Below the pieces are notes generated by a model. That model saw only the letters and a program-made list of their open reading frames with translations. It was not told the DNA's origin and did no database searches. From Octopus vulgaris (Eukaryota), in the NCBI GenBank assembly GCA_951406725.2, contig OX597837.1:17484001-17548000 (forward strand): a stretch of DNA of 64,000 nucleotides, given 5' to 3'. Numbering within the stretch: the stretch's first letter is position 1; each line of letters begins with the position of its first letter. This document shows, one piece after another, positions 10,399 to 22,686 of this stretch. The position numbers and the translations under genes were made by a program.

Positions 10399-13130
10399 GC
10401 GGTGAATCATTTCGCCATCAAAATCTACAGACAAATCTCTCCTACCCTGAATTTATCAATCCGTAGGAATTTCAAGTGGATCTTCGTCATTGTAGACCTG
10501 CCCTATCGCATTCTTGGTGCTGATTTCTTACATCACTATTCTCTCCTTGTGGACGTTAGAGGACGCCGACTTATTGATGACACCAATTCACTCGCCATCT
10601 CCGGAAAGGATTCTACTGTCCCTTTCGTGAGCTCTTCCTTCATCGTGGCTGCTTCGGGTGACGCCTACCACCAGTTACTCGCTTCGTTTCCAGAGTTGAC
10701 TGACTTGTCATTTCATTCGTCGAATTCAGTCCATTCCACGAGACATTTCATCACGACTAAGGGGCCTCCAGTTTTTTTTCCGACCACACCAGTTGTCTCC
10801 AGATAAAACTCCGGATCGCCCGGGCTGAATTCGAGCACATGCTCCAGCTGGGCCTTATTCGTCCCTTCACGAGCCCGTGGGCAGCACCTTTACACATGAC
10901 CAGGAATAATGAAGCTGATTTTCGATCAGCTGGAGATTTTAGATGTCTTAACACTCACTATTGCAGATCGCTATCCCCAACCAAATATGCAGAATTTTTC
11001 GTCTGCCCTGCACGGCTGTAAGATTTTTCTAAAATCGACTAAGTACGCGCGTACCACAAAATCCCTGTCAACCCCGACGACATTCCAAAGACAGCCGTTT
11101 GGTCTTCGTAATGTCTATGCCGTTTGGCCTTTGTAATGCGGCCAGCACGTTCCAAAGGTTCATTGGTGAGGTCGTCCGTGGGTTACATTTTGTCGATGAC
11201 CTTCTAATCGCCAGTGGTACTCCAGATCAGCACCTCCAATACTTAACCCAACTCTTCAAGCGCCTATGTTCCTATGATGTGAAGATCAATCCAAGTGTGT
11301 ATTCGGTTTTACCAGCTTGGAATTCTTGGGGCATTTCATGACGCCGACGCTTCCCTCTAAAGTGGAAGCCATCAAGCGCTTGTCTCCTGTTTCATTAAAA
11401 TAGCTCAGAAATTTTATTAGTTTAATTAATTATTATCGTCGTTTCATTTTAACTGCGCAGAGAAGTTGCTTCCCTTGACTTGGCTCTTGAAAGATCAACG
11501 GAAAAAAGACTCCTCGATAACGCTGTCTCCTACATCCATCCAAGCTTTTGAATCTCTCAAAGCTGACCTTGCTCAAGCATCCTTCCTCGCTCATCCTATT
11601 GCAGATGCAAAATTGACACTCACTGACAACGTGTAATCATCCGCTATTGCCGCAGTTTTAGAGCAATCTGTCAACAGCCGAAGCCAGCCATTAGCCTTCT
11701 TTTCGCGCCAGTTGAAAAATGCCGAATTGAGATACAGCAATCTACTTGGCAGTAAAGCATTTCTCTCATCTTCTTGAAGGTAGAGATTTCACGATTTTCA
11801 CCGACCACAAACCGTTAACGTTCGCTCTCTTTGCCAAAACGGACCGAGACTCACCCAGAGAAACAAAGCATTTGGACTACATATCACAATTCACTAGTGA
11901 CATTCGCCACATTGCTGGCACTGACAACATCCCGCCGATGCCGTATCTCGCCTGCCTGTCAGTGCGCTGTCGTCTCCTGCTTCGATTAATTTGGTTGCTA
12001 TGGGTACTGCCCAACCCTCCTTGGACTCTCTGGACGTCTCTTCACCACAGTTTTCCTGCGGCAAGTTTGAATACCTGCCTCTGCCGTTTTCTGAAGGAAC
12101 TATTCTTTGCGATGTTTCTACCGGGTCACTACGACCCCTCGTTCCTGAACATCACCGTCGTTGCTGTTTTTAAAGCACTGCATTCACTGTCACACCCCGG
12201 CATAGCTGCCACAGTAAAACTTATCTCGGCTCGCTTTTTCTGGCTGAATATGCGTCGGTCTATTACTGCTTGGTCACGTGCCTGTCTGCCATGTCAGCGT
12301 TTCAAGGTGTATCGTCACGTGAGAGCACCTCTTGGATGCTTCCAGCCAACGGACACCAGGTTCCGTCACATTCACATTGACCTGGTTGGTCCTTAGCCGG
12401 TCAGTTGCGGATTTACTTATATATTCACCTGCATCAACCGCTTCTCCAGATGGCCTGAAGCCATCCCTCTTGAGGACATTTCCGTGGAAACAGTCGCCAG
12501 AGCACTCATATCCGGGTGGATATCTCGCTTTGGAGTACCCTCTAGAATTACTACTGATCGTGGACGCCGATTTGAAGCTTATCTGTTCCGTGAGTCTTCG
12601 AGATTGCTCGAAGTTCAGCACATCCACACCACAATTTACCATCCCGACGCGAACGGAATGGTAGGACGATTCCACCACCAGCTCAAAGCCGCTATTCGCA
12701 CGGCTCCTGACCCTCATCTTTGGTCCAACTTTCTCCCCATTGTCCTGCAGGGGTGCTGCTCAGCTGTCAAGGGAGATTTAGGCTACTCCTCCGCTGAGCT
12801 CCTGTATGGTACCACTTTAGCACTTCCTGGACAAATGTTGGCACCCGTCGACTCACCGAATGCGGACACCACATCTTACGTCACACGACTCAGGTCATTC
12901 TTTGCTGACCTGCCACCAGTCTATTTTTTCTACAGTAACTCCAGATATTTCTACTTGGACCCACGTGCTTGTAAGAAATGATGCCGTCAAGGGACCGCTC
13001 ACACCTCTCTACACTGGATCCTATCACGTTCTTAGAAGCACGCTGAAACTGTTCGCTGTGGACATTCACGGAGAAAAAGAGACTGTCTCTATCGACAGAA
13101 TAAAAAAAGCTTGTTTCCGACACATTTGTG
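9320..13130 (+). pseudogene. Gypsy gag-pol remnants
   Basis: gag C*YHRKF..QAERC; protease FIVDTGASVS; RT SPWAAPLHM, MPFGLCNAASTFQR, FVDD; RNase H TDHKPL; integrase HPG, HIHIDLVGP, ITTDRG, NGMVGRFH. Confidence 0.92.
10330..10397. repeat. (CT)n expansion inside the protease domain
   Basis: direct reading; source of the SLSL ORF text. Confidence 0.95.
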
Positions 13131-13558
13131 CCACTTGCTGACACACCCATTATTCCACAAACACTCTCACCCCCACCAACACCACCTCCACTCATCAAAA
13201 CACCAACTACACAAAAATGCATTCTTCACCTTACAGGACACGTTCTGACAGATCACTTCATTGGCCGAAGAAATTGTCTCAGACTACATCTCTTAACTTT
13301 ACCTCGCCAGTGACACATATTCAGTGACACCGCATTCATATTTTTTCTCTTTCTGTATCATTGTACATATATACTTAGTTCTATTTGATTGGATGCTTTC
13401 TTTGCTAAACGTTTTCCTTGTACATACTTGCATTGTATTTTTTCAATTGTTCATACAACTGTTTTGCCATGGTTCATTCTTCTGTGCCCTCCTAGCGCAC
13501 ACCTACTCCGCCTACATTATTCTTATTCGACCGCTTCTGGTCTAAGGGGGGGGGGCTC

Positions 13559-13954
13559 TCTAGGCGCAGTTACCTACCCTGACGGCGGCTGCCTAAATAG
13601 TTGGCCAGTAGAGGGCACACGCAACATTAAGGTTCAGGCACTCACCTCTTCCTCTTTTGGCATCAAAACGTCGTAGGGCAAGGACATAATCTAGTTGGAT
13701 CTTTCACGACACGCAGCTACTAGCAGACAGACAGAAGGTAACGCTCAGGAGGAGAACATAGCCTCCACGCATCAAACCATTTCCATTTATCATTCAGCTT
13801 GTATATATATATGTGAGGCCAACATTAAAGGTATTTAAGGTTACAGCCTTGTTCTATGTATTTCTTTGTACCGAGTTCCTATCAAATGATATTACAGCCT
13901 TCTGAATAGAGTCATATTTAGATGGCTCCACAACCATAATACAAACTGCCATCA
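13559..13954 (+). repeat. 3' LTR
   Basis: follows PPT; repeats 7395-7774 with substitutions and a small indel; ends ...GCCATCA. Confidence 0.9.
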
Positions 13955-14507
13955 AGCAGACAAACCAAGGAATGAAGTTCTTCGTTTTCGCCTAACCTAC
14001 TAGAAATACTAGCTAAATCTTTCAAATCTTACCCACCATCAATGATTAAAAAAAGGACTAAGACACATTAGCCAATGTTATCACCAAAAAAACTGAACGA
14101 ACACAGCTGAAATAACTTTGACTATAGGCATATCGGTATGAAAGCATATTTAAATACATATTTGCTACTACTGGACAAATATTTGGCCATTCTACCTTAA
14201 GAATTCTGTTGGACACCATCATGGTTATTATATACCTAGCAAATCTGGCTTTGAACAAAACGACTGAGCGAAAATACATCACTAGAGCAATTTATATACT
14301 AAGAATGTAACATATGTAACAGTGAATTGAAAAACTTCGATAGGTATATTTATTATGCAAGCAGTCAGTAGATAAAATCTTTCTCTGTGTTTATAGTCTA
14401 AAAGCATGAAAGATAACTTTAAAATTAGCTGATCTAAGTTTTTGTACAATAAATACAATGCGAATTGATGTGGATTTGATCTTTAAAATCAACTGATGAA
14501 ACTAACA

Positions 14508-14538
14508 GACATGTTTCAGTCTTATTACATCTCTTCAG
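14508..14538 (-). ncRNA. degenerate hammerhead core
   Basis: CTGAAGA-gatgtaataagact-GAAA-CAT-GTC with palindromic ACATGT; stems I and II poorly paired. Confidence 0.4.
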
Positions 14539-16035
14539 GGAAGTAGGAAAAGCTAAGAGTGAGCGATCAATTAACTGTAAAAAGGGCAGTCAGGGGACTC
14601 CCTCCCATTTTTTTCGCACATCAGTAATATAGAGGCGCATTATAATATTTAAATGTACTTAAATCTTGATTTACACGGTGGTGTGCATATGCTGAGAGAG
14701 GGGGTGAGAGAGACACAGAGAGAGAGGTAATGTAGTGATGCTAATTATAAATATCGACGATGTGGCTGAGGGAAAATACCTCAGGGGAGTGATCTGCATT
14801 CAAAAAGTAATAACAGTAGGGTTATTCACACATGTAATACAACTAATTGAAAACTTTCGATCATCTGGGGTTATCCAAATAATTACTGAAAAAATATCCT
14901 GCTAGGAGAGTTTAAAATCTAAACAAGCAAGGTAGATAATTATAATAAGATCAGTTCATAGAAATTTACGGGGCTTGAGCAATGAAGATAGGAATAAATT
15001 TAATAGCCAAAGCAGTAGCATAATTTAGGTCTATACCGCCCGGAATAAGGCAAGCATTGCGACGAGGATGCGCTCTCTTTTTATTTATTTGTTTTAGTTT
15101 TTTTTTCTTTTGAAATTTTGCGCCCCTAAAAATTTTGCAACCAAGGAAACCGGCCCTGCGGCTCCCGTTGATGTGGCACCACAGCTTTAAAGCCAACAGG
15201 TAACTGAAACAGACATACTACAGTCTCGTTTATCATTCATCATAGGCATTCTCGATCAGAGCCAACTTAAAGCTAAGCAGCAACAACTGATCAAATAACA
15301 AAATATACATTTGCAACTTGAGCCAGGAAGTAGTAAAAGTTTTTGGAGAGAAATTTCTTGCTTTTCACTGATTCATCTGGAACTGCTGAAATTGATATTA
15401 GTCATTAATTAAAAAAAAAGTACCCCGATGCCAAGTCGACCAGAACATCATCTATGGGGAAAACACGAAAAGAAAATATATTATGGGCGTGGTTCTTCAA
15501 CAGCTAATTTCAAGATTGTTTGTTCTGTACTTTGCTTATTCTAGCAAATTTCAGACACAATAACACATCTGATTGAGAACCTAAAAGAAAGAAAAGAAAA
15601 GAATCAAGAAAATATTTTTCTGCACTTTAAAAAGGTTGAGGGAAGAACTTCAGCCATATTTTCAGAAGCAATCCAAGAAATATCTTGATGATCCATTTAT
15701 AATAGTAATCGACAAAATTCTAGAAGCGATTAAAGAGTAATTCTTTCAACTGGAGAATTGCTTTTCTGTACAAATTCTCCACATCTCATCATCCCTCGGA
15801 AACCTGTGTGTATCCCATGTCAAAAACTTTCCTGTGTTCCCAAGATATAATATTATATATTTCTGTGAACTTGAACTTTCACTTTTCAAGGACATAAACA
15901 AAGAAAAGAAACCGCTTTGGTTGTTAAGAATTATCTGTGTTGTGTTTTACCAAATACTCAACCCAAATAGATAAAATCGTAGCCAGCAGACATATCCAAA
16001 AGTCATCTGTTACAGAATAGAGTAATAGAATAATA

Positions 16036-16650
16036 CTGGTTTCAAATTTTAGCACAAGGCCAGCAAGTTTGGGTTAGGGAGTAAGTTGATTATATCGACC
16101 CCAGTATTCAACTGGTATTTATTTTATCGACCCCGAAAGGATGAAAGGCAAAGTCAACCTCGGTAGAATTTAAACTCAGAACGTAAAGACGAACGAAATG
16201 CCGCTAAACATTTTACTCGGTATGCTAACGTTTCTTATTTCTTTATTGCCCACTAGGGGCTAAACATAGAGGAGACAGACAAAGGGATTAAGGCGATTAC
16301 ATCAACCCCAGGGCGTAACTGGTACTGATTTAATCGACCTCGAATGGATGAAAGGCTAAGTCGACCTCGGCGGAATTTGAACTCAGAACGTAGCGGCAGA
16401 CGAAATACCTATTTCTATTTCTTTGCTACCCACAAGGGGCTAAACACAGAGAGGACAAATAAGGACAGACAAACGGATTAAATCGATTACATCGACCCCA
16501 GTGCGTGAATGGTACTTAATTTATCGACCCCGGAAGGATGAAAGGCAAAGTCGACCTCGGCAGAATTTGAACTCAGAACGTAACGGCAGGCGAAATACCG
16601 CTAAGCATTTCGCCCGGCGTGCTAACGTTTCTGCCAGCTCACCGCTTTCA
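16036..16650 (-). mobile_element. three tandem tRNA-derived SINE copies (Nin/Deu-domain-like)
   Basis: Minus strand reads B-box GAGTTCAAATTC followed by GAGGTCGACTTTGCCTTTCATCCTT..GGGGTCGATAAA..AAGTACCA, three times. Confidence 0.85.
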
Positions 16651-16864
16651 CAATAGAGTAATATTGAACATAAAGGTTTGTTAGTATGTATTCATGCATT
16701 TGCTCATTTTCGTTGTTTTCCATTTGGGTTGCTTAACAGATGATTGATTTAGTTTAATTTTTGGTTCAATTTGTGCTGTGTGTTCTTTCTTGACTCTCCG
16801 GGCCCTGGATGGGTGTACCGACAGAAACATTTGTCATAAGCTCTGGATACAGGAATAGATATAT

Positions 16865-17165
16865 AACTAAGAAGTTCGCTTGGAAACCACGTGATTCTGG
16901 GTTCAATCACATTGTGTGACATCTTGGCCAAGTATTTTCTTCTATAACCCCGGATTAACCAGCATCCTATCAGTGAGATTATAGGTAGAACTTGCACAAT
17001 CAGACCGATGTGTGTGTGTACGAGAACGTACCCAAAAGTAACCGGAAACGTTCTCTGTGGGACAAGCCCGTTGTAAGTTATCAATTAAGTTGCTGGATCT
17101 AAGATTGGGCTCATAAGATCCTGTCAAACCATTTAATCCATGCCAGCATAGAAGAAGGATGTTAA

Positions 17166-17205
<40 letters not shown>
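16865..17205 (+). mobile_element. old tRNA-derived SINE with (GAT)n tail
   Basis: GGGTTCAATC B-box near 16900; 3' end CCATGCCAGCATAGAAG..GTTAAATGATGAT matches the tail at about 24580-24637. Confidence 0.65.
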
Positions 17206-17206
<1 letters not shown>

Positions 17207-17509
17207 AATGTGTAAATGTGTGTAGACTTGAACCAAGCAAGTTCCTCTCTTAGATAAAGAAGAGGTGGGCACAGAAAGTGTGTCAATAGCCAGCTGGAGA
17301 AGATGTTCTCCTGGGGCTACAAGCTACAGCAGCATCCACCCTTAGTGGCAAATATACCTACACATTGTCGTGCAGCTACTGTTTATACCTCGTTCAGAGA
17401 TTTATTATTGCTCGTTTACACTTTTTCGAGATCAGTGGGTTTTCGTCACTCGAAAAAGGATATATGTATTTGCATTGGGACCCCTTCGAATCGAAGACCG
17501 GTGATTGTC

Positions 17510-17552
17510 GTGCGCTGACGACGGGTAAATACCCAGAAACCCGAGTCCGTGT
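17510..17552 (+). ncRNA. type I hammerhead ribozyme
   Basis: GTGCG-CTGACGA-cGGGT-aaat-ACCCa-GAAA-CccgA-GTC-CGTGT: canonical core with GUC site. Confidence 0.8.
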
Positions 17553-17926
17553 GTATCACGTCAGGTCGACGATTGGCAGGATGGCTTCCCTTTGCAAATA
17601 CTGATAGGGCACAGAAAGTGTGTCAATAGCCAGCTGGAGAAGATGTTCTCCTGGAGCTACAAGCTACAGTAGCATCCACCCTTAAGTGTTAGCCACATTT
17701 AAGTGGCAAATATACTTCACATTGTCGTGCAGCTACTGTTTATACCTCGTTCAGAGATTTATCATATATATATATATAACGATTCTATATTGCTACTGTT
17801 TACATCTCGCCCAAAGATTTAATATAGCTTATTTCTCCTTTTCCAAGATCAGCGATGGTTCCTCGCCGGAAAAAGCATATAGTATTTTGCGAATGGGGTG
17901 AGTTTTCATCACTGCCTGGTGATTAG

Positions 17927-17971
17927 CACACACTGAGGATGGGTAACCACCCAGAAACTTGAGTTCATGTG
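17927..17971 (+). ncRNA. type I hammerhead ribozyme, diverged copy
   Basis: CTGAGGA-TGGGT-aacc-ACCCA-GAAA-CttgA-GTT; 5-bp stem II. Confidence 0.65.
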
Positions 17972-18187
17972 TATCACATAAGACTAATACTAATCGGACG
18001 CAGAATGTGTGTCGTTAGCCAGCTGGAGGAGAGAGATGTCTTCCTGGGGTTATAAACGCCAGTAGCACTGTCCCGTATAGGACGCCACACTTATATGTTA
18101 CACTTATATGTTGGCAATTATATGTTACAATTCCATATTGCTACTGTTTACATCTCACTCAGAGATTTAATACTGCTTGTTTCTCCT

Positions 18188-18258
<71 letters not shown>

Positions 18259-18379
18259 AATTAGTAAATAAATGGCACAACAAAGTACCGATATTTACTG
18301 GAAATAGCGAACGTAAAAATACGACGCTAAAGTACGACGGGCTACTTTTTACTGGAAGGCAATACTTTGTATTGCATTA

Positions 18380-18435
<56 letters not shown>

Positions 18436-18580
18436 ATATATATGATATATATGATATATATATGATATATATATATATATATAAAAACAATTAAGATTCA
18501 AGTCAATTCTAATGAATTCATTTAATTTAGATGCACCAGGAAACTATATGGTGTTAACCAATACAGTAGTGTGGGGTGAT

Positions 18581-18689
18581 TATAAACGAGAAAAGAAGCA
18601 ACAAGAATGGATTAGTTTTTAGTACAATTGTTTCATCTGTATGAAACAATTGTACTAAAAACTAATCCATTCTTGTTGCTTCTTTTCTC

Positions 18690-18696
<7 letters not shown>
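18581..18696. repeat. perfect hairpin with 56-bp arms and a 4-nt loop
   Basis: 18581-18636 is the reverse complement of 18641-18696; loop CTGT. Confidence 0.92.
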
Positions 18697-18723
<27 letters not shown>

Positions 18724-18925
18724 TCACATAAATGTTAAGGGGGGTACGGGGCGCCTGGAATATATGTTAAGGTATGTAGAAAAATACAACATGGACAAGA
18801 ACGTATAACGAAGACGACACAATAAACACGGACAGGACATTCGAAACCCTCAGTCTTCAGTCAAGAACCGGATCATCGTAGTAATTTCGGCTGATTAATC
18901 TTGAGATTACTAGATCACGGCCAGC

Positions 18926-19002
<77 letters not shown>

Positions 19003-19041
19003 CATATACATATATATATATGTATGTATATATATATATAT

Positions 19042-19149
<108 letters not shown>

Positions 19150-19177
19150 CATATATATACATATATTTTTAATTATA

Positions 19178-19871
19178 TATATATGCACGTATGAATCAAG
19201 GCTAGTTCAAAATACCCGCTAATTCCATGTGCTATATGGTAAAATATCACCGCAGTAAATACAATGACGAAATAAATTTAAATTTATATAAATAAGGATA
19301 AGATCGTTAATTTAAAATAAAACAACGAACTTATCAAGTGGTCAGCATGGAAAAAATAATCTTCAAAGGTAATAATTATTAAAATTATATATTAGGGTAT
19401 CCCCGAGATACCACCATGCTGAAAATAGCAGCCATGAACCGACTCTATTTTACCAAATAGCACATGGAATTAGCGGGCATTTTGAACTAGCCTTGATGCA
19501 TACGTGCATATATATGTATGTATACGTTCGTATATGTAAGTATTCGTATGTTGTATTTATATATATATGTATTTATGTTTCTTTCTGAGTGACAAGGAAA
19601 AGCATTTCTAAATGCAAAGTCAGAAATCCGGGATCTAGAATTATCCAGTAAACTTTTACTAGTTTCATCTTGTCTCTTTGTCTTTTCTCCATGTTGCTAT
19701 ATGAAAACTTAAGGTGGTTTTAGAGTCGGTTCATGGCTGCTATTTTCAGCATGGTAGTATCTCGTAGATTCCCTAATTTATAATTTTAATAATTATTACC
19801 TTTGAAGGTTATTTTTTCCATGCTGACCACTTGATAAGTTCGTTGTTTTATTTTAAATTAACGATCTTATC

Positions 19872-19874
<3 letters not shown>
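19178..19874. repeat. interleaved inverted repeats (PLE pLTR-like)
   Basis: about 19178-19247 versus 19446-19512, and about 19292-19447 versus 19721-19874; flanked by (TA)n. Confidence 0.85.
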
Positions 19875-19924
<50 letters not shown>

Positions 19925-19956
19925 TTTATTTAAAGCAGCAGAAAATTCAACAAAAT

Positions 19957-19994
19957 CTGTTACTCTGAGTTTCTCGTTGCCGTTCATCAGACAG
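19957..19994 (-). ncRNA. type I minimal hammerhead ribozyme
   Basis: CTGT-CTGATGA-aCG-gcaa-CGa-GAAA-CTCaGA-GTA-ACAG: 4-bp stem I, short stem II, near-palindromic stem III, GUA site. Confidence 0.75.
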
Positions 19995-20476
19995 TTTTTG
20001 CTAGAATGGAACCGATATATCAATTCAATCTAGACTCTTACAAACGCTACACCTTTAAAAAAATGGACTTGTTTGATTGGCTCTTTAGAAATAACGGTCA
20101 ATCTTCGAGCGATAAACAAAAAAAGCTCAAAAATATATGTATATATATATAAAAATTATAAAAATTATAAAATTCGAGGAAAAAACCTTACATTGAATAA
20201 AATACATATTGACGTTAATGAAGAAAGTATAATTAATGCATAGAAATTAAAACTTATTATAAACATTACACTGCAATACATATTTATATTAAAGTGTACA
20301 TATATATATCAACATACACAGAAAGATACGTGCAAACGCCATACATATACAGACGTATAAATATAAATATAAAATATACACATAAATGCATGCGTACATA
20401 TATGCACGCAATCTATTTCGCACGCAAGTTAAAATCATCGATGTAGCTTCAAACATGAAGAGCAATATATACATAC

Positions 20477-20549
<73 letters not shown>

Positions 20550-20550
<1 letters not shown>

Positions 20551-20700
20551 CAGGCTTCTTTCAGTTTACCAAATCCACTCCAAAGGCTTTGGTTGGTCCA
20601 GAACTATAGTAGAAGACATTTATCCAAGGTGCCACACAGTGGGACTGAACCCAGTACCATATGGTTGGAAAGCAAGTCCTTTACTCACACAGCCACTCTT
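20550..20700 (-). mobile_element. tRNA-derived SINE
   Basis: Minus strand GTGGCTGTGTG..GGGTTCAGTCCC..CACCTTGGATAAATG; same family at 38680-38840, 56200-56295 and 56660-56805. Confidence 0.8.
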
Positions 20701-21299
20701 GTGCTTATAGCCATTCCAATCACTATAGTTACTCCTACACTTATACATATATACACACCATAGCCACGCCAAAGATTAAATAAGAGTACCGTGTTTGATA
20801 TAGATATATCTGAAACTTGAGTCAAGCATAAGAAACTGTACGAAGAGAAAAAACATACACGACCTATTTTATTAAGATCTTGTTTTCTGTTTCATACTAT
20901 AAAAAATGTTGGATAGATGCAAGAGGGATTTAACAAACATTAGGTTTTTTCATTGATAGTTTTTGCAATCAATTATTTAAAGTGGTCAGGAAAAAGACAA
21001 GTAGAGTCAAGGTGAAATTTATGGTAATGCTTTCCTTTAGTAAATCTATTGACAATATTTATTTGAATGCAATAATTGACAGTAAGAAGATGTATGTTCT
21101 TTGCCAGTCAATGTTAAGTGTACAGATATATGAATTTACTATAAATTAGGTCATAGTGTAAGTGAGATGTTTAATTATAGCAAGTGTTTGTTGAACATTA
21201 ACTTAGAAGTTGACTTGGAACTTGTGATTGATCTCAATCTGAGTTATGCTATCTTGAGGTACACACACACATAAGCACATGAATTTTTGTTACACACAT

Positions 21300-22037
21300 G
21301 CAGTTGTTTTACAGCTTTTGCTGTTTCTTCTTTTTCTTCATAGTTGTTAGGTACTGTGACTTGTTTGTTTTTTTTTTTGTATTTGTCAGCTTCCTTAAAG
21401 ACTGAAAACAGTTTTTTGTTTTGTTTGAGTTTTGTGGCTATTTCTATTAAGTTTTCCTTGCTTCTGAAGTAGGTATTTCTGTAGTTCTATCGTGGTTATT
21501 TTGTAATAGTTTTCTAGCTGTATAAGGCCTCTACCACCTTCTATACATTGTGTATATAACCTTTCTATGTCAGGTTTTGGGTTGTGCATCCTAAATTTTG
21601 TCATTATTTTTCTTGTTTTCCTGTCTATTTTGATTTGTTCATTTAGAATCCAGTTAAAAATATTGTAGTTGCAACTTATAACTGGGACAGCTAGAGTGGT
21701 GATACCTATTATCTTGTTTTTCATGTTGAGCTCTGTTTTCAGTATTAATCTAACTCGTCTATAGTATTCCTTTTTATAATCTTCTCTTTCATTTGTGCGT
21801 GTTGTATCTAGTTCATTGATTCCTAAGTGTTTGTATGTCTGGTTTTGGTCTTGTTCACTTATTTCATTTGCTTTATCTAGGGAGATGTTGCTACTCCTAA
21901 CTAGTTTTCCTCTTTTCAAGGTTGCTTTGGCACATATTTTAAGCCAAATTTCCTTCTTTGGTAAATCCATGTACTATCTGTAGTAATGTTTCCAGCTGTT
22001 TATCATTTGTAGCATACAGTTTTAGATCATCCATATA
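21300..22037 (-). mobile_element. R4/Dong LINE fragment (RT C-terminal part)
   Basis: YMDDLKLYA, YKHLG, EYYRRVRLILKTELN, DRKTRK, GGRGLIQLE; abuts (TAA)n. Confidence 0.85.
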
Positions 22038-22055
22038 TTATTATTATTATTATTG

Positions 22056-22611
22056 AGTGAGAGAGCAGTGCATGCTATCAAAGTGACACTGGGGTAAAAT
22101 ATACAAAGCCTAGCATACCCATCACCACTACCCGTCTGATAAGAGTACACTCGGCACATGCATCACAACCATATGTGTGCGACATGGTGATCTCATATCA
22201 AGATAAAGTGCACATGACCTTGCAGGTGGGGCCCAGTTAGAATGTTCTTCTGGTCGAGTAACCCATCCTACTCAAAAGGTTCCTTAATAAGGGTTGTTTA
22301 AGGATATTGAACGAAACACCCATGTTTCCAGAGGTGAAATATTCAAACCCCAAAGAATCCCTTTCAACACATGGCTATGATGCTCCCCAACTATTTCTGC
22401 TCGTGATCAGAGATGCACATATTGTCAGCCACTAAGGGACATGTTCAACTGGTTAAGGTCAAACAACTGACAAGCAAATCTGTGGTATTGAGCAGAATAT
22501 TTGCTGTAGCCTATCTTTTACACCAAGACAAAACAATGTACATGATAACACTTCCAATCAGTTAAGATCAGCAGTCATGAGAGCCACTGCCTGGTACTGC
22601 ATCAGGGCATT
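22056..22611. mobile_element. unclassified about 555-bp insert in (TAT)n, possibly a Dong UTR or Dong-dependent element
   Basis: Bounded by (TAT)n on both sides; no coding motif. Confidence 0.4.
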
Positions 22612-22632
22612 TATTATTATTATTATTATTAA

Positions 22633-22686
<54 letters not shown>

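Larger units (their letters stand above)
7395..13954 (+). mobile_element. Ty3/Gypsy LTR retrotransposon, full-length but degenerate
   Basis: Paired LTRs, PBS-like TGGCGACTCG at 7777, PPT AAGGGGGGGGGG at 13544, gag-PR-RT-RH-IN order with many stops and frameshifts; no clear TSD. Confidence 0.93.
17267..18189 (+). mobile_element. tandem array of 340-390-bp HHR-containing units (non-LTR retrozyme-like)
   Basis: Units start at 17267, 17607 and 17996 (GGGCACAGAAAGTGTGTCAATAGCCAGCTGGAG); HHR in both full units; no credible ORF; ends in (TA)n. Confidence 0.78.

Noticed and set aside
14058-15720. PLE RT remnants (CPVVANMY on minus near 14170; KYLDD on plus near 15680)
   Set aside because: Isolated short motifs without a supporting frame; too weak to annotate
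16036-16650. tRNA genes
   Set aside because: Only B-box-like SINE heads; no cloverleaf
18835-18928. Hammerhead on minus strand (CTGAAGA..GAATGTC)
   Set aside because: GAAA is incomplete and the stems are unconvincing
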